Source: an uncultured Candidatus Rokubacteria bacterium
GTDB lineage: Bacteria > Methylomirabilota > Methylomirabilia > Rokubacteriales > CSP1-6
Assembly (NCBI GenBank): GCA_963762145.1
Contig: CAVXJS010000009.1
Location: forward strand, 800,001-864,000
Direction: 5' to 3'
Length of the DNA: 64,000 bases
The notes below the pieces were generated by a model. The model was not told the origin of the DNA. It was given only the letters and a program-made list of their open reading frames with translations, and did not search any database. Each line of letters starts with the position of its first letter. Position 1 is the first letter of the stretch. Position numbers and translations under genes: made by a program. Positions 18,043 to 28,590 of this stretch are shown piece after piece.

Positions 18043-18844
18043 GTGACCGTCCATCCCACCGCGGTGGTCGAGCCGGGCGCGAAGCTGGGTGAAGGCGTCG
18101 CGATCGGGCCGTACTGCGTGGTCGGCGGCGACGTCAATCTCGGCGACGGCGTCACCCTCGTCTCCCACGCGGTGGTCGCGGGCCATACCGAGATCGGGGC
18201 GGGCACGCGGATCTTCCCCTTCGCGTCCGATCGGGCACCAGCCCCAGGACCTCAAGTACCAGGGCGAGCCGTCCCGGCTGATCATCGGCCGTGACAACAC
18301 GATCCGCGAGTACGTGACCATGAATCCCGGGACCAAGGGCGGCAACATGGCGACGCGCGTCGGCGACGGCGGCTTGTTCATGGCCGGCACCCACGTCGCG
18401 CACGACTGCACGATCGGCGACGGCGTGATCATGGCCAACAACGCGACGCTCGCCGGGCACGTGACGATCGGCGACCACGCGGTGCTGGGCGGCCTGTGCG
18501 CGGTGCACCAGTTCGTGCGCATCGGCACGCTGGCGATGGTCGGCGGCCTGTCCGGCGTCGAGTTCGACGTGATCCCCTACGGCTCGGTGATCGGCAACCG
18601 CGCGTGGCTGGCTGGGTTGAACCTCGTGGGCCTGCGGCGCCGCGGCGTCGCGCGCGAGGACATCCACGCGCTGCGCCGCGCGTACCAGGAGCTGTTCGCG
18701 CCGGAAGGCACGATGGGCGAGCGACTCGAGCGCGTCGCCGAGCAGTACCGCGACTCGCCCCAAGTCGCCGAGGTGGTGGCGTTCATGCGGGCCCGATCGC
18801 AGCGGGGCATCTGCCAGGCGAAGCTGGAGGACGGGGCCGACTAA
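18043..18844 (+). CDS. lpxA: UDP-N-acetylglucosamine acyltransferase (apparent frameshift ~18230)
   Basis: [19 protein letters not shown] in one frame; [29 protein letters not shown] in the next. Confidence 0.88.
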
Positions 18845-18880
18845 TCGGCCGGGAGCCGGCCGGGAGACCGCGGCCCGGCG

Positions 18881-20087
18881 ATGCCTCACCGAAGCACCGA
18901 TTCCGGGTCGCCCCTCTGATCTACGCCGGCCCCTCTTCGTGGCCGGCGAGCCCTCCGGGGACCTCGTCGGCGCGCACCTGATGCGGGCGCTGCGCAGGAG
19001 ACGGGGCGGGCCGTGTCCGCTTCGCCGGCGTGGGCGGCGAGCAGATGGGCGAGGAGGGCTTGCGGAGCCTCTTTCCGCTCGCCGACATCGCGGTCATGGG
19101 GCTCCTCGAGGTGCTGCCGAAGGCGCCCCTGGGGCTGCGGCGAGTGCGCGAGACGGCGCCGACATCGAGCGGCAGCGGCCCGCGGCGCTGGTGAGCATCG
19201 ACTCGTGGGGCTTCAGCGGGCGTGTGGCCAAGCGCCTGAAGGCGGCGGGCTCCCGGACGCCGCGCATCCACTACGTCGCGCCGATGGTCTGGGCCTGGCG
19301 GCCGGGCCGCGCCCGCGTGCTCGCGCGGCTGCTCGATCACCTCCTGTGCCTGCTGCCGAACGAGCCCGCGTACTTCGAGGCGGTGGGCCTCGGCGCAACC
19401 CACGTCGGCCACCCGGTGATCGAGAGCGGTGCCGAGCGCGGCGACGGCGCCGGGTTCCGGCGCCGCCACGGGATCGACGGCCGAGTGCGCCGCTTCTCTG
19501 CCTGCTGCCCGGGAGCCGGGCCGGCGAGGTCGCTCGCCTCCTGCCGATCTTCGGGGAGCCCATTCGTCGGCTGCGGCCGAGTACCCCGGCCTGCGCGTGG
19601 TGATCCCGACCGTCGACATCGTCGCCGCGCAGGTGGGGCGCGCGGCCGCCGGCTCGACGGCGTCGTCGTGCGCGGGCGGCGGAGAAGTACGACGCGTTCG
19701 CCGCCGCGGACGTCGCGCTCGCCGCTTCGGGTACGGTGGCGGTGGAGCTGGCTCTGGCCGGAGTGCCCGCGGTCATCACCTACCGCGTGGCTCCCCTCAC
19801 CGCCGCGATCGCCCGACGCCTGCTCAAGATCCGGTACGTGAGCCTGGTCAACATCGTGCTCGATCGGCCGGCCGTGCCGGAGCTGCTTCAGGAGCACTGC
19901 CGTCCGGAGCGGCTCGTCGAGGCGGTGTCGACGCTCGCTCACGGACCCGGCCGCGCGGGAGACCCAGCGCGCGGCGGGACGCGAGGCGTTGGCCCGCCTG
20001 GGCTACGGGGGACCGCCACCGAGCGCGCGCGCGGCGCGGATCATCCTCGACCTGGTAGCGCGGCAGGCGGCCGGTCGGTCAGCGTGA
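18881..20087 (+). CDS. lpxB: Lipid-A-disaccharide synthase (several apparent frameshifts)
   Basis: AGEPSGD, IDSWGF, HYVAPMVWAWR, VGHP, LLPGSR, ASGTVAVELALAGVP, SLVNI, PELLQ spread over frames. Confidence 0.85.
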
Positions 20088-20112
20088 TCGTCGCAACGGA
20101 TCGTTCTGCTGT

Positions 20113-20133
20113 TCAGTGGTGCCGAAGGGGGGA
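20113..20133 (-). repeat. att site: duplicated tRNA-Leu 3' end
   Basis: Identical to 44917-44937; extends to 25 bp with one mismatch. Confidence 0.88.
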
Positions 20134-20262
20134 TTCGTTCGGGCCGCCCTTCGGCACATCCAGCCATGCGCCGGATTTTCGTGGATTCTGCTCGATGCGT
20201 CAAGCACTTCCGCGGTTCAGGTGGTTTATACCGGGTGACACGGACTGACCCTGTTTGAGACC

Positions 20263-20281
20263 AGTTCCCGATTTACTCTCG
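20263..20281. promoter_or_regulatory. Putative integrase arm-type sites (left end)
   Basis: agttcccg-att-tactctcg resembles tactcccg-aaa-tactcccg at 44849-44867, with the same 11-bp period. Confidence 0.5.
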
Positions 20282-20651
20282 CTCGAACCCCCGGAATCCA
20301 GGTTGGGATTGTCAGACCCGCCCACAGGACCCTGCTTGGACACGTGACTCATCGCTATACGTTACGATACGCGCGTTTCGAGGCTCGGCCCGACTCGCGG
20401 CTTCCCGATCGGGGCGGATGGCCATGAATGACTCGGTCCGAGTAGAGTTCGAGTCAACCAGGCAGGGCTATGTGTCTGGCGGCAGACCAGTCAAGCAACA
20501 GGATGAGGGTGCGTCGCGGTTCGTGCCTGCTCGCTGCCTTGCTTTCGACGGTCTGACGCCGCCTTCGGCCTCCCGGCATCCTATGTGCTCACGGCATTCA
20601 TTCGGCAGGCGACTGCGCACAGAGCGCTACGAAGACCGGAGGCGTGGAGAA

Positions 20652-21448
20652 ATGGCGATAGCGACGCGTCAGCATCGAGGGCGGGCGAGGGCCGGCAAGC
20701 AGGACGCGCGGCGGTTCCCGCGCCAGGCCGTGTCGTGGCTCGTCACCGTTTCGATCGGGTCGCGTCAGCTCCAGGGGCGGACCAAAGACACCAGTGCGGC
20801 CGGGCCAAGATCCTCATCGACGAGCCGCCGCCGCTGGGCAGTCAGGTGCGCCTCCAGTTCCGGCCGACGGGCCGATTGCCCGTCGAAGCGCAGGGCCTTG
20901 TCTGGCGACTCGATGCCGACGGGTTCGCCTGTGTGTTCGTGGGGACTCTAGCGCCGGGGTTCCTGGCGGCCGTGGCTCCCTCGCGGGTGGAGGCCCCGCT
21001 GGTCCGCCCACCCGAAGTCAACGCCCGTCGGACGGTGCTGCGACCCCGCGGTGCGGCAGACTGGCCCTGGCCGCCCTCAGCGCCCGAGGCTACACCGTGC
21101 TCGATGCAGGGCCGCAGCCACTGCTGGCCCTACGCTTCGCCCACGAGCATCCGGCGCCCATCGATCTCCTCCTTGTCGACGTAGAGCTCCCGGCTGATGA
21201 ACGGGGAGCGCCTGGTGCAGCAGTTGCTGTCACACCGGCCGGCCGCCAAGGTGTTGCTCATCCCTCAGGGCTCGGCCCCACGTCCCACGGTTCCGGGAGC
21301 CTCCTGGCTACCCGCCCCGTGCGGCCAAGAGGATCTGGCCGTGTGCGTGCGTCAGGTACTCGTGGTGGAGACCCAGGCCGACGCTCCGGCTCAGAGCGCT
21401 GGCGAGCCCTCCGACGTGACCCGGTGGCCCTCACCAGCCGCGAGATAA
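20652..21448 (+). CDS. PilZ domain-receiver domain fusion protein (frameshifted)
   Basis: RRFPR and DTSAAG PilZ motifs, then RGYTVLDA..PIDLLLVDVELP(L)MNGERL receiver motifs across frames. Confidence 0.65.
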
Positions 21449-21604
21449 GCACGGACGCCGCGGCGACCACATGTCACCGGGTCGCCTGGGTGCCCGACAT
21501 CTGGTGGCCGTCCGCGCGGGGCGTCGCTCTCGAATCGCGATGATGCAGGATGGTCACCTCTTGGGCTCGGGAAGCCCCGCGGCCACCGCTGCGGGAGCGA
21601 CGAT

Positions 21605-21982
21605 CTATGACCGGTGAAGGATCTCGTGTACGCGGCGCGTGAGCTGGTCGAGATCGAACGGCTTGAGTAGCACCGGCACCTTTGTCGCCTCCAGGAAGCC
21701 GGCGTACTGCGGGGAGTCGACGAACCCTGACATGAAGAGCACGTGGGGTCGGCAGTCGGGCCAGCGGCGACTCACCTCCAAGTATAGGCTGGGACCGTCC
21801 AGCTTCGGCATCTTGAGATCGCTCACGATGAGGTCGTAGGGCGTCGGTCCCTCGAGCAGCCGGAGCGCCGCGGCGCCATCGGGCGCGGTGGTCACGTGAT
21901 GGCCGTCGGCGGTCAGGGTCGCGGCGACCAATTCCCGGATGGCAGCCTGGTCATCGACGACAAGGATACGGCCCGTGGACAT
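21605..21982 (-). CDS. Single-domain response regulator (receiver)
   Basis: RILVVDD, DLIVSDLKMPKLDG, FMSG, LLKPF. Confidence 0.9.
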   Translation of the reverse strand: MSTGRILVVDDQAAIRELVAATLTADGHHVTTAPDGAAALRLLEGPTPYDLIVSDLKMPKLDGPSLYLEVSRRWPDCRPHVLFMSGFVDSPQYAGFLEATKVPVLLKPFDLDQLTRRVHEILHRS

Positions 21983-22570
21983 ATCGTACGAGGGAGCAAG
22001 TCTTGTTCCAGGCTCAAGGGACTCAAGCAACCCGGGTGGTTACAGCAGACGGAGCGGTCACTACGGGGACGATGGCGGCATCCTGTTGACAATCCCTGTC
22101 GACGGCGTGAGCCTGCGGGCTCTGCGTGACCAGGAGACGTAGCAGAAGCTGCGCATGCAGCCACCTGAGTTCGCCACTAGCCGGCGCACCGGGACTGGCT
22201 GCTGCGGGTGTGGACGTTCAGAAGATGGGCTCCGACGCTCGCGAGGCTTTCGCGCTCAAGGTCGCCTCGCTGAGAACGTCCGTTTGGCCCTGGGGCGGCA
22301 GCGGCTCACCTGGATCCGGTCTCTCACGCTGAGTGGACCAAAGGCCGCGATGCAACCCAACGCGCAGGCTTTCGACCTTCACCTTGTCCCTCATGTCCGC
22401 AGCCGTGCTACGAGTGACGGCCGGCCGACAGCCTTACTGACGGATTCGAAGCGTATTGGGGACAGCTCGAACAGGGGCCGTACGCTAAGCGACCGTGAAG
22501 TCACACTGTAGTCCCCGCGCAACGACTTGGCAGACGGCATGCAACACCAGGACCACTACGCCAGGACTTA

Positions 22571-23041
22571 ATGCGCAGGAGGTCCCTCGATATGATGCTA
22601 GTGCTCGCACTCACCGCGATCTTCGCTCTCGCGGTCGTCAGCCCGGTGGCGGCCGATAACGTCAGCATTGGCGTCAAGATTGGCGTGCCGGCGCCGCCGC
22701 GGGTTGTCGTCGTGCCTCCACCCCCGCCGGTCGTCCTCGTGGCGCCCCCCAAGCTCGTTGTTGTCCCGGGCTCACCCGTGTTCTATGCGCCGGGCGTCAG
22801 CGCCAATTTCTTCGCCTACGGCGGCCGGTACTACAGCTTCCACGAGGGGGCGTGGTTTGTCGCGACGGCACATGGCGCCCCGTGGGCGACGATTGCACCG
22901 GGTCGAGTGCCGCAGCCAGTCCTCGCGGTTCCAGTCGCGTACTACAAGATTCCTCCGGGGCACGCGAAGAAGATGGGGGGCCGGAGTGAAGCGCCAGGAC
23001 GCGGCTGCCCGCCTGGGCTCGCCAAACAGGGGCGCTGCTAG
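22571..23041 (+). CDS. Secreted proline-rich hypothetical protein
   Basis: Signal peptide ending VAA, PPP/VVV repeats, PPGHAKK and PPGLAKQGRC tail. Confidence 0.75.
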   Translation: MRRRSLDMMLVLALTAIFALAVVSPVAADNVSIGVKIGVPAPPRVVVVPPPPPVVLVAPPKLVVVPGSPVFYAPGVSANFFAYGGRYYSFHEGAWFVATAHGAPWATIAPGRVPQPVLAVPVAYYKIPPGHAKKMGGRSEAPGRGCPPGLAKQGRC

Positions 23042-23043
23042 TC

Positions 23044-23393
23044 ATGCGTTTCGTCATCGCGGTAGCACTCACCGCAGGCATCGTACTCGTCGCCGGGCAG
23101 GTGGAGCGCTCAGTACCGATACACGGACGACAAAGGGGTCAGTAAGATGACCCAGTACAAGCTGCTAGGTCCCCGCTCCCTATCGCGACAGCGGCCGTCT
23201 GGATCGGACCAACCGGTGTTGGCCATCCAGACTTGAGTGAGGAACAGCGGCAGGTGGAAGCGGCGTGAAAACGCATACCGCCGCATCGGGGACGGCGATC
23301 GAACCCAGAAGAGATCGGCTGGCGGAACAATCGGTCAGGCTTCAGCGGAAAGCCGTAGAGCTAGAACGCCAGCGCCAGTTGCGAGCTGATTAG
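23044..23393 (+). CDS. Small secreted hypothetical protein, DUF4124-like N-terminus (frameshifted)
   Basis: MRFVIAVALTAGIVLVAG signal, then QYRYTDDKGVSKMTQYKL..PAPYRD..VWIGPTG in shifted frames; not in the ORF track. Confidence 0.45.
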
Positions 23394-23903
23394 CGTTCCT
23401 GCCCGGCGCGGGCCCGACGAGCCCAGCCTCGGGATTCGCGATCATCCCGTTTGAGCGCGCCCACGGCGCGCGGGTCGACCGGCGTCATGCGGTGGTCCCG
23501 ATGGCGGCGATCCCCGAGCAAGAACGAGGACGCGGAGAAGGGAGTCACGGGTACAAGGCAGGTTCGCGCTCCTGCCCACGGTGGATCACGTGACGGCTGC
23601 GGCAACGGAGCGAGGAGTGGCCAACCGGACATTGCGCCGAGACCGCTGGCTGACGTTCGCTTGCCGCTGCCGCTTGCCTTGGAGCTTAGAGCGCCGAGGT
23701 TTCAGGCCTACCCACCGGCCAAAAGGAGGACTTCCAATCCTGGAGCCGGTTCCCGAGAGCGCGCCTAGGCCCCGAGAGGTTGGGGCACAACCCATAACGC
23801 CGGAACCGTGGCGTTATGTACAGGAACCGCGCGATGTACGATCGTTGCGGAGGGCTTGCACCCGCTGTACGCCTTCGACGCTGGTGCCAGTCTGTCGAGC
23901 ACA

Positions 23904-24295
23904 CCTATCGTGTGCCAACGAGGACGGGCTGGAAGAGGCAGCCGTCGATCCGGCGGCACCCGCGTGAAACCCGCCTCCTCCATCAGGACCGCCATGCGCT
24001 CGATGCTGATCGCAAAGTATGTCGTTCGGGCGTCCGAAGGACGACTCCCTTGTCATTCGTCACCAACTCAAAGGCCACATCGTAGAACTGACCTCGCCAT
24101 CGGCGGGTTTGCCGCAGGCGGTACAGGCGCGCAGACCAGATGCGGTCCCCATAGCCCGGGTCTCGACCGTCCCGGGCGACGGAGGCGCGCCGTAATCCCG
24201 CATCGAAATTACGCAGCCGCCCCGAGGCCGAATGCACCGGAAGCATTCCCGGAAGGCACTTTGGATGTCATTCTCGGTAAGCAGGTGCGGGCCTC
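23904..24295 (-). pseudogene. C-terminal remnant of a class I SAM-dependent methyltransferase
   Basis: PHLLTENDIQSAFRECFRCIRPRGGCVISMRDY..YFAISIERMAVLMEEAGF..FQPVLVGTR; the N-terminal GxGxG region is missing. Confidence 0.6.
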
Positions 24296-24528
24296 CCGGA
24301 GGCCGGGGCGCAGTGCAAGCTCGTACCAGGTGACGTCGCCGACCTCTTCCTGGAGGAGACGGATGAACGCGTGGCTGCCGGTTCCCGCCCACGAGTGGGC
24401 GAACGTCGCCTGGTCGACGCCGTAGTGCGGATAGAAGTCCTCAAAGACATCGCAGAAGTCGAAGAAGGCAACTTTCAGTCGCGCTCGGCTCGCGGGCTCG
24501 ACGGCGGGGGAATGGGCGCGCTAGTCAC
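24296..24528 (-). pseudogene. Truncated 5' fragment of the last gene of the glycan operon (possibly GT-B)
   Basis: LKVAFFDFCDVFEDFYPHYGVDQATFAHSWAGTGSHAFIRLLQEEVGDVTWYEL, then an abrupt switch to methyltransferase sequence. Confidence 0.4.
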
Positions 24529-25759
24529 GGGGCCTCATCGCCTCCTCCACGAGGCGGGCCAGAACCCGGTCCGAGTCGAAGTATTCGGCGGCGAACGCCC
24601 GCGCGGCCCGCGCGTGCCGGCGGTATCTGGCAAGGACATCGCGGATCGCGTCCACCGCCTCGTCCGGCGACGAGAAGGCGACGACCCCCTCGCCAGTCGG
24701 GAGCACCGCGCTGAAGCCGGTGTCCTGGACGACGACCGGGCGCCCCGCCGCCAGGTAGCAGGCCGAGCGGCAGCTGAACCACCCCGGCCGGCCGACGACG
24801 TAACCATGCTTGGCGACACTCCACTCGGCCTTGGAAGTCGTGATGTAGCGGCGATAGCGCTCCAGACTTCCGGCGACCCGCCGGGCCGAGGTGACCCGCC
24901 ACCCCGCCCGGCGCAAGACCGCCTCGGGCGGGATCGGGCCGGGCCGCACCGCGCCGGGGGTGGTCTCCCAACCCGCGTGGCCCGTGCCCCCTAGCGCGAG
25001 CTCGAGTCGAGCTGGCCGTACCGCGGCGGCGATGCCCAGATAGCGCCGCAACTCGAGATCCTTCTGCCCGTACCAGCGGCCCTGGTGACGCAGCGGCTTG
25101 TAGCTCGTCCAGCTCAGGACCGTCGTGAACATCTCGCGCGTGGGTTCTTCCGGCCGCCATTCAGAGAGGAGGACCGGCTGGCGGGTGGGGCGCCAAGGAA
25201 TGCCGTTCGCGTACTCGGTCTTGCCGATGCGCTCGCCGAAGCTGAAGGCCACGTCGTGGGCGGAGAATCGCTTCTGGAATTTGCGTTCACCTTGCCGCAG
25301 CCGGAGCTTGACCTGCGTGAAGACCGGATCGGAGTCGACGTAGGCGAGCCGCGAGATGGCGCGGTAGTCCGAGGGACGGCGGAGTGTGCCCGAGACGTTG
25401 ATGAGCAGGTCGGCGCCCGAGAGCACCTCGCGCCGCCGCGGCCCGGAGAGGCCATACCAGCGCCCGGTGATGGGGAAGCGGTACATCCAGCGATCCGCAA
25501 GGTGGAAGCGGTCCATCACCGTCGCCAGGTGACGCACGTTTGCACTCGGATCGTAGGCGATCCGGCTCTCCTTCGTCTCGCCGCCGTCGAGTCGGTAGGG
25601 CCACTGGCCGGAGTCCTCGAGATAGTAGACGTCGTGGCCGAGCCGGGCGAGGCCGGCGGGATACTGGGCATAGTCCCACGCGACCCCTCCGAGCGAGGGA
25701 TGCTGCGCGATCAATCCGGTCACGACGATACGAAGGGACGAGTTCGAAGCGGTCGTCAC
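24521..25759 (-). CDS. Putative GT-B-fold glycosyltransferase, paralog A (intact)
   Basis: GGVAWDYAQY..LGHDVYYLEDSG; EWSVAKHGYV..GWFSCRSACYLAAGRPVVVQDTGFS. Confidence 0.75.
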   Translation of the reverse strand: MTTASNSSLRIVVTGLIAQHPSLGGVAWDYAQYPAGLARLGHDVYYLEDSGQWPYRLDGGETKESRIAYDPSANVRHLATVMDRFHLADRWMYRFPITGRWYGLSGPRRREVLSGADLLINVSGTLRRPSDYRAISRLAYVDSDPVFTQVKLRLRQGERKFQKRFSAHDVAFSFGERIGKTEYANGIPWRPTRQPVLLSEWRPEEPTREMFTTVLSWTSYKPLRHQGRWYGQKDLELRRYLGIAAAVRPARLELALGGTGHAGWETTPGAVRPGPIPPEAVLRRAGWRVTSARRVAGSLERYRRYITTSKAEWSVAKHGYVVGRPGWFSCRSACYLAAGRPVVVQDTGFSAVLPTGEGVVAFSSPDEAVDAIRDVLARYRRHARAARAFAAEYFDSDRVLARLVEEAMRPRD

Positions 25760-25784
25760 GAAAGGACTTCGGGGCTCGCTCGAG

Positions 25785-26810
25785 TCACGGCCCGGGCGCG
25801 CCGGCGCGGAGCGCCGGGATCGCTTTTGCCAATCCGTCGTGGTAAACGCGGAACTGGGACATCGACCGCGGGAGGACCCTGGTCGCGCCATGCCCGGCGA
25901 GGCCCTCGCAGGCCCACTTCACCGAGTCGATCAGCCGGAAGATCGTGCCGAGGTTCATCAGAACGGCCAGGTCGGCGCCGCCGCGCGGCCAGGACTGGCC
26001 GACCACGGAGCGATACACGCTCATCTCCGGGCTCGCCGAGAGCGCGACCGATTCGTCCGCGGGGCCGACGATGCTCGCGGTAACGAGGTCGACGGTCGGC
26101 AGCCCCCACCCGGCCGTTTCCCAGTCCAGAGGCAGCAGGACTGGACCGGTGGGGGCGGCACGGATGGGCACGTTCTTCCTGACGAAGTCGCCATGCACGA
26201 GCGTGCGGGCCTCCGACGCGCACGCCCGCTCGATCTTGGTCCAGTGCGCTCCCAGCAGATCGCACTGCGCCACGAGCGATTCCAGGGTGTACCGGTCGTG
26301 CGCCTCGAGGGGAAGCTCGGCCAGGACGCGGGCGATCACGGCTCGCGCCGATTGCAACCGGGCTCGGTAGTGGTTCGGGCCACGGTCGGGCAGCCCGTCC
26401 GCCACCGTTACTGTGGCCGTGGAGGCGTGCAGACTCCGAGCCACCGCGCCGCGACCAGCCGCTGCTTGTCGCTCGCCGGGAGTATCGCTCGCGGCCGGCA
26501 TCCTCGACGAAAATCCAGTGACGCTGGTCTTCCGACGGCAGGAACCCATAATAGTGCAGACGGGCCAGAGGTAGCTGCGGAAGGACCCCCTCGTAGACAA
26601 TCCGCTCCACCACGGCGTTCTCGACCGGTACTGCTTGGCGATTACCGCCGAGCCCCCGATGCCGACCCCGGCGATCCGGTAGACGCCAGACTTGTTCGTC
26701 TCCTGCAAGGTCTCGAGTCCCGTGAGCCGGCGCCGCTGTGGGTGGAGAACGCGCCAGGCCTGGATGGCGGGGTGGTCCTCGAGCCTCCCGCTCCGGGGCA
26801 TCTCCGCCAT
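25785..26810 (-). CDS. Aminoglycoside-phosphotransferase/choline-kinase-like kinase (internal frameshifts)
   Basis: VIAKQ, LVHGDFVRKNV, LDWETAGWG. Confidence 0.75.
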   Translation of the reverse strand: MAEMPRSGRLEDHPAIQAWRVLHPQRRRLTGLETLQETNKSGVYRIAGVGIGGSAVIAKQYRSRTPWWSGLSTRGSFRSYLWPVCTIMGSCRRKTSVTGFSSRMPAASDTPGERQAAAGRGAVARSLHASTATVTVADGLPDRGPNHYRARLQSARAVIARVLAELPLEAHDRYTLESLVAQCDLLGAHWTKIERACASEARTLVHGDFVRKNVPIRAAPTGPVLLPLDWETAGWGLPTVDLVTASIVGPADESVALSASPEMSVYRSVVGQSWPRGGADLAVLMNLGTIFRLIDSVKWACEGLAGHGATRVLPRSMSQFRVYHDGLAKAIPALRAGAPGP

Positions 26811-26816
26811 CGGGGG

Positions 26817-28586
26817 CTAGACATCGACGCGGCCCGCCGGGTGGGTGGCGCCGGAGCCCATGGGCGTCCAGGCGTTCACTAGTCGGCCGCCTTCGATCCG
26901 GAGCGGCACGTCGCAGCCGCCGCGGGCTCGGGCGGTGGGCGATCAGGAAGGTGGTGCGGCCGCGCATCGAGCTCCATCGCCTCCATGATCGCGGCCTCGG
27001 TCTCGCAGGTCGACCGAACTGGTCGGCTCGTCGAGGATCAGGATCGGGGCGTCCTTCAGGAACGCGCGGGCCAGCGCGATGCGCTGCCGCTCGCCGCCGG
27101 AGAGCCGCATGCCGCGCTCGCCGACCCGCGTCTCGTAGCCCTCGCGGCAGCCGCGACGATGAAGTCGTGGGCGTTGGCCGCCCTCGCCGCGGCGACGATC
27201 TCCTCTCGGCTGGCGCCGGGCCGGGCGTAGGCGATGTTCTCGGCGATGCTGGTCGAGAACAGCACCGGCTCCTGCAGGACGATGGCGAACTGGTTGCGCA
27301 GGTCGGCCAGCCGGTAGTCGCGCAGGTCGACGCCGTCGAGCAGGATCTGGCCCGCGGTCGGGTCGTAGAAGCGGGTCAGCAGGCTGACCAGGCGTGGTCT
27401 TGCCCGCCCCGGTCGCGCCCGCGATGCCGACGCGCGGTCCCGGCCGGGACCTCGAAGGAGACGCCGTGCAGGACCGGCGCGGTCCGTCGCGTAGGCGAAG
27501 GAGACGTCGCGGAAGGTGACGGCCCCCGCGGCGCGCGCGAGCGGGCGGGCGTCCGGCCGCTCGGCGACGTCCGGGGCCTCGTCGAGCAGCGCGAAGGCCC
27601 GCTCGGCGCTGGCCAGGTGGCGACTGCAGGCTGCCGCCTTCTTGCTCATGGTCTTCAGCGGCGCGTAGAGCTGCGACAGGTAGCCCATGACCAGGAGCAG
27701 CTCGCCCAGGGTGAGGGGCCCGCACTGGACGTGGCGGACGCCGATGAAGAGGACGGCGGCCGTCCCCGCCGCGGTGGTCAGGCCGACCAGGAGGCCGAAG
27801 CCGCCCTCGGCCAGGGCGAAGCGGAGTGCGGGCCCGCATGCCCTCGCTGGAGCGGTGGACGAAGCGCCTCTCTTCGCGCTCCTCCTGTCCGAACGCCTTG
27901 ACCACGCGGAGGCCGCCAGCACCTCCTGGACCACCGACAGGGCCGCGCTCTCGAGCTTCTTCACCTCCCGCGAGTGCGTGCGCAGGCGCGCCGATAGGCG
28001 TGCGAGACCAGAGAACAGGACCGGGGCGACCGCCAGCGCGACCAGGGCCAGCTGCCAGTCGAACCGGCGGTGACGTAGATCATCGCCACCAGGGTGCGAG
28101 GCGGTGACCAAAGGGATGACGCCGTCGATGGCGATGTACTGGATGGCGGGGGCGTCGTACTGGATCCGGTAGGTCGAGTCGACGGTCCCTCGACGTCGTG
28201 GTACGCGAGCGAGAGGCGCTGGAGCGTGGCGGAAGAGCTGGCGCGGAAACGCCAGGACCAGCCTCTCGCCGGTGTACGCGCGCAGCACGAGGGCGAGCGC
28301 CTGGAGCTGGCTCAGCAGGGCGACGGCCACCAGGAGGCCGGCCGCGAGAGCAGCACGCGCCGTCCGGAGCGGTGACCGCCGCCGGCAGGCAGCACGTCGA
28401 AGAAGCCGCGGGAGCGGCTGGGAGCCGAGGACGCTGTCGACGGCGATCTTCAGCGGCAGGGGCGTCAGCAGCGCCAGCGGGCGTCGACAGCAGGCTGAGC
28501 AGGAAGATGCCCGCGATGTGGGGCCAGTAGGGCCGCGCCTGTCGTGCCAAGCGATGGGAGAGGGCCGGTCCCGCCGTCACGGGCAC
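26817..28586 (-). CDS. ABC exporter, fused TMD-NBD (MsbA/NdvA-like), frameshifted
   Basis: TM segments, VKAFGQE, Walker [33 protein letters not shown]; ends approximate. Confidence 0.8.
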
Positions 28587-28590
28587 GCGG

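Noticed and set aside
20113-20160. Second tRNA gene
   Set aside because: Only the 3' end is present, with no D or anticodon arm; treated as an att site
22030-22500. Short ORFs or ncRNA in island spacer DNA (also 23400-23760 and 41400-41740)
   Set aside because: No recognisable motifs, consistent frame or convincing structure by eye
23793-23818. cataacgcc-N8-ggcgttatg, resembling integron attC core sites
   Set aside because: Too short for an attC, no L boxes, no cassette array, and the integrase is not IntI-like; could be a protein-binding site or a relic
25785-26810. Aminoglycoside resistance gene
   Set aside because: Only the generic kinase motifs are present, and the glycan operon context suggests a biosynthetic kinase
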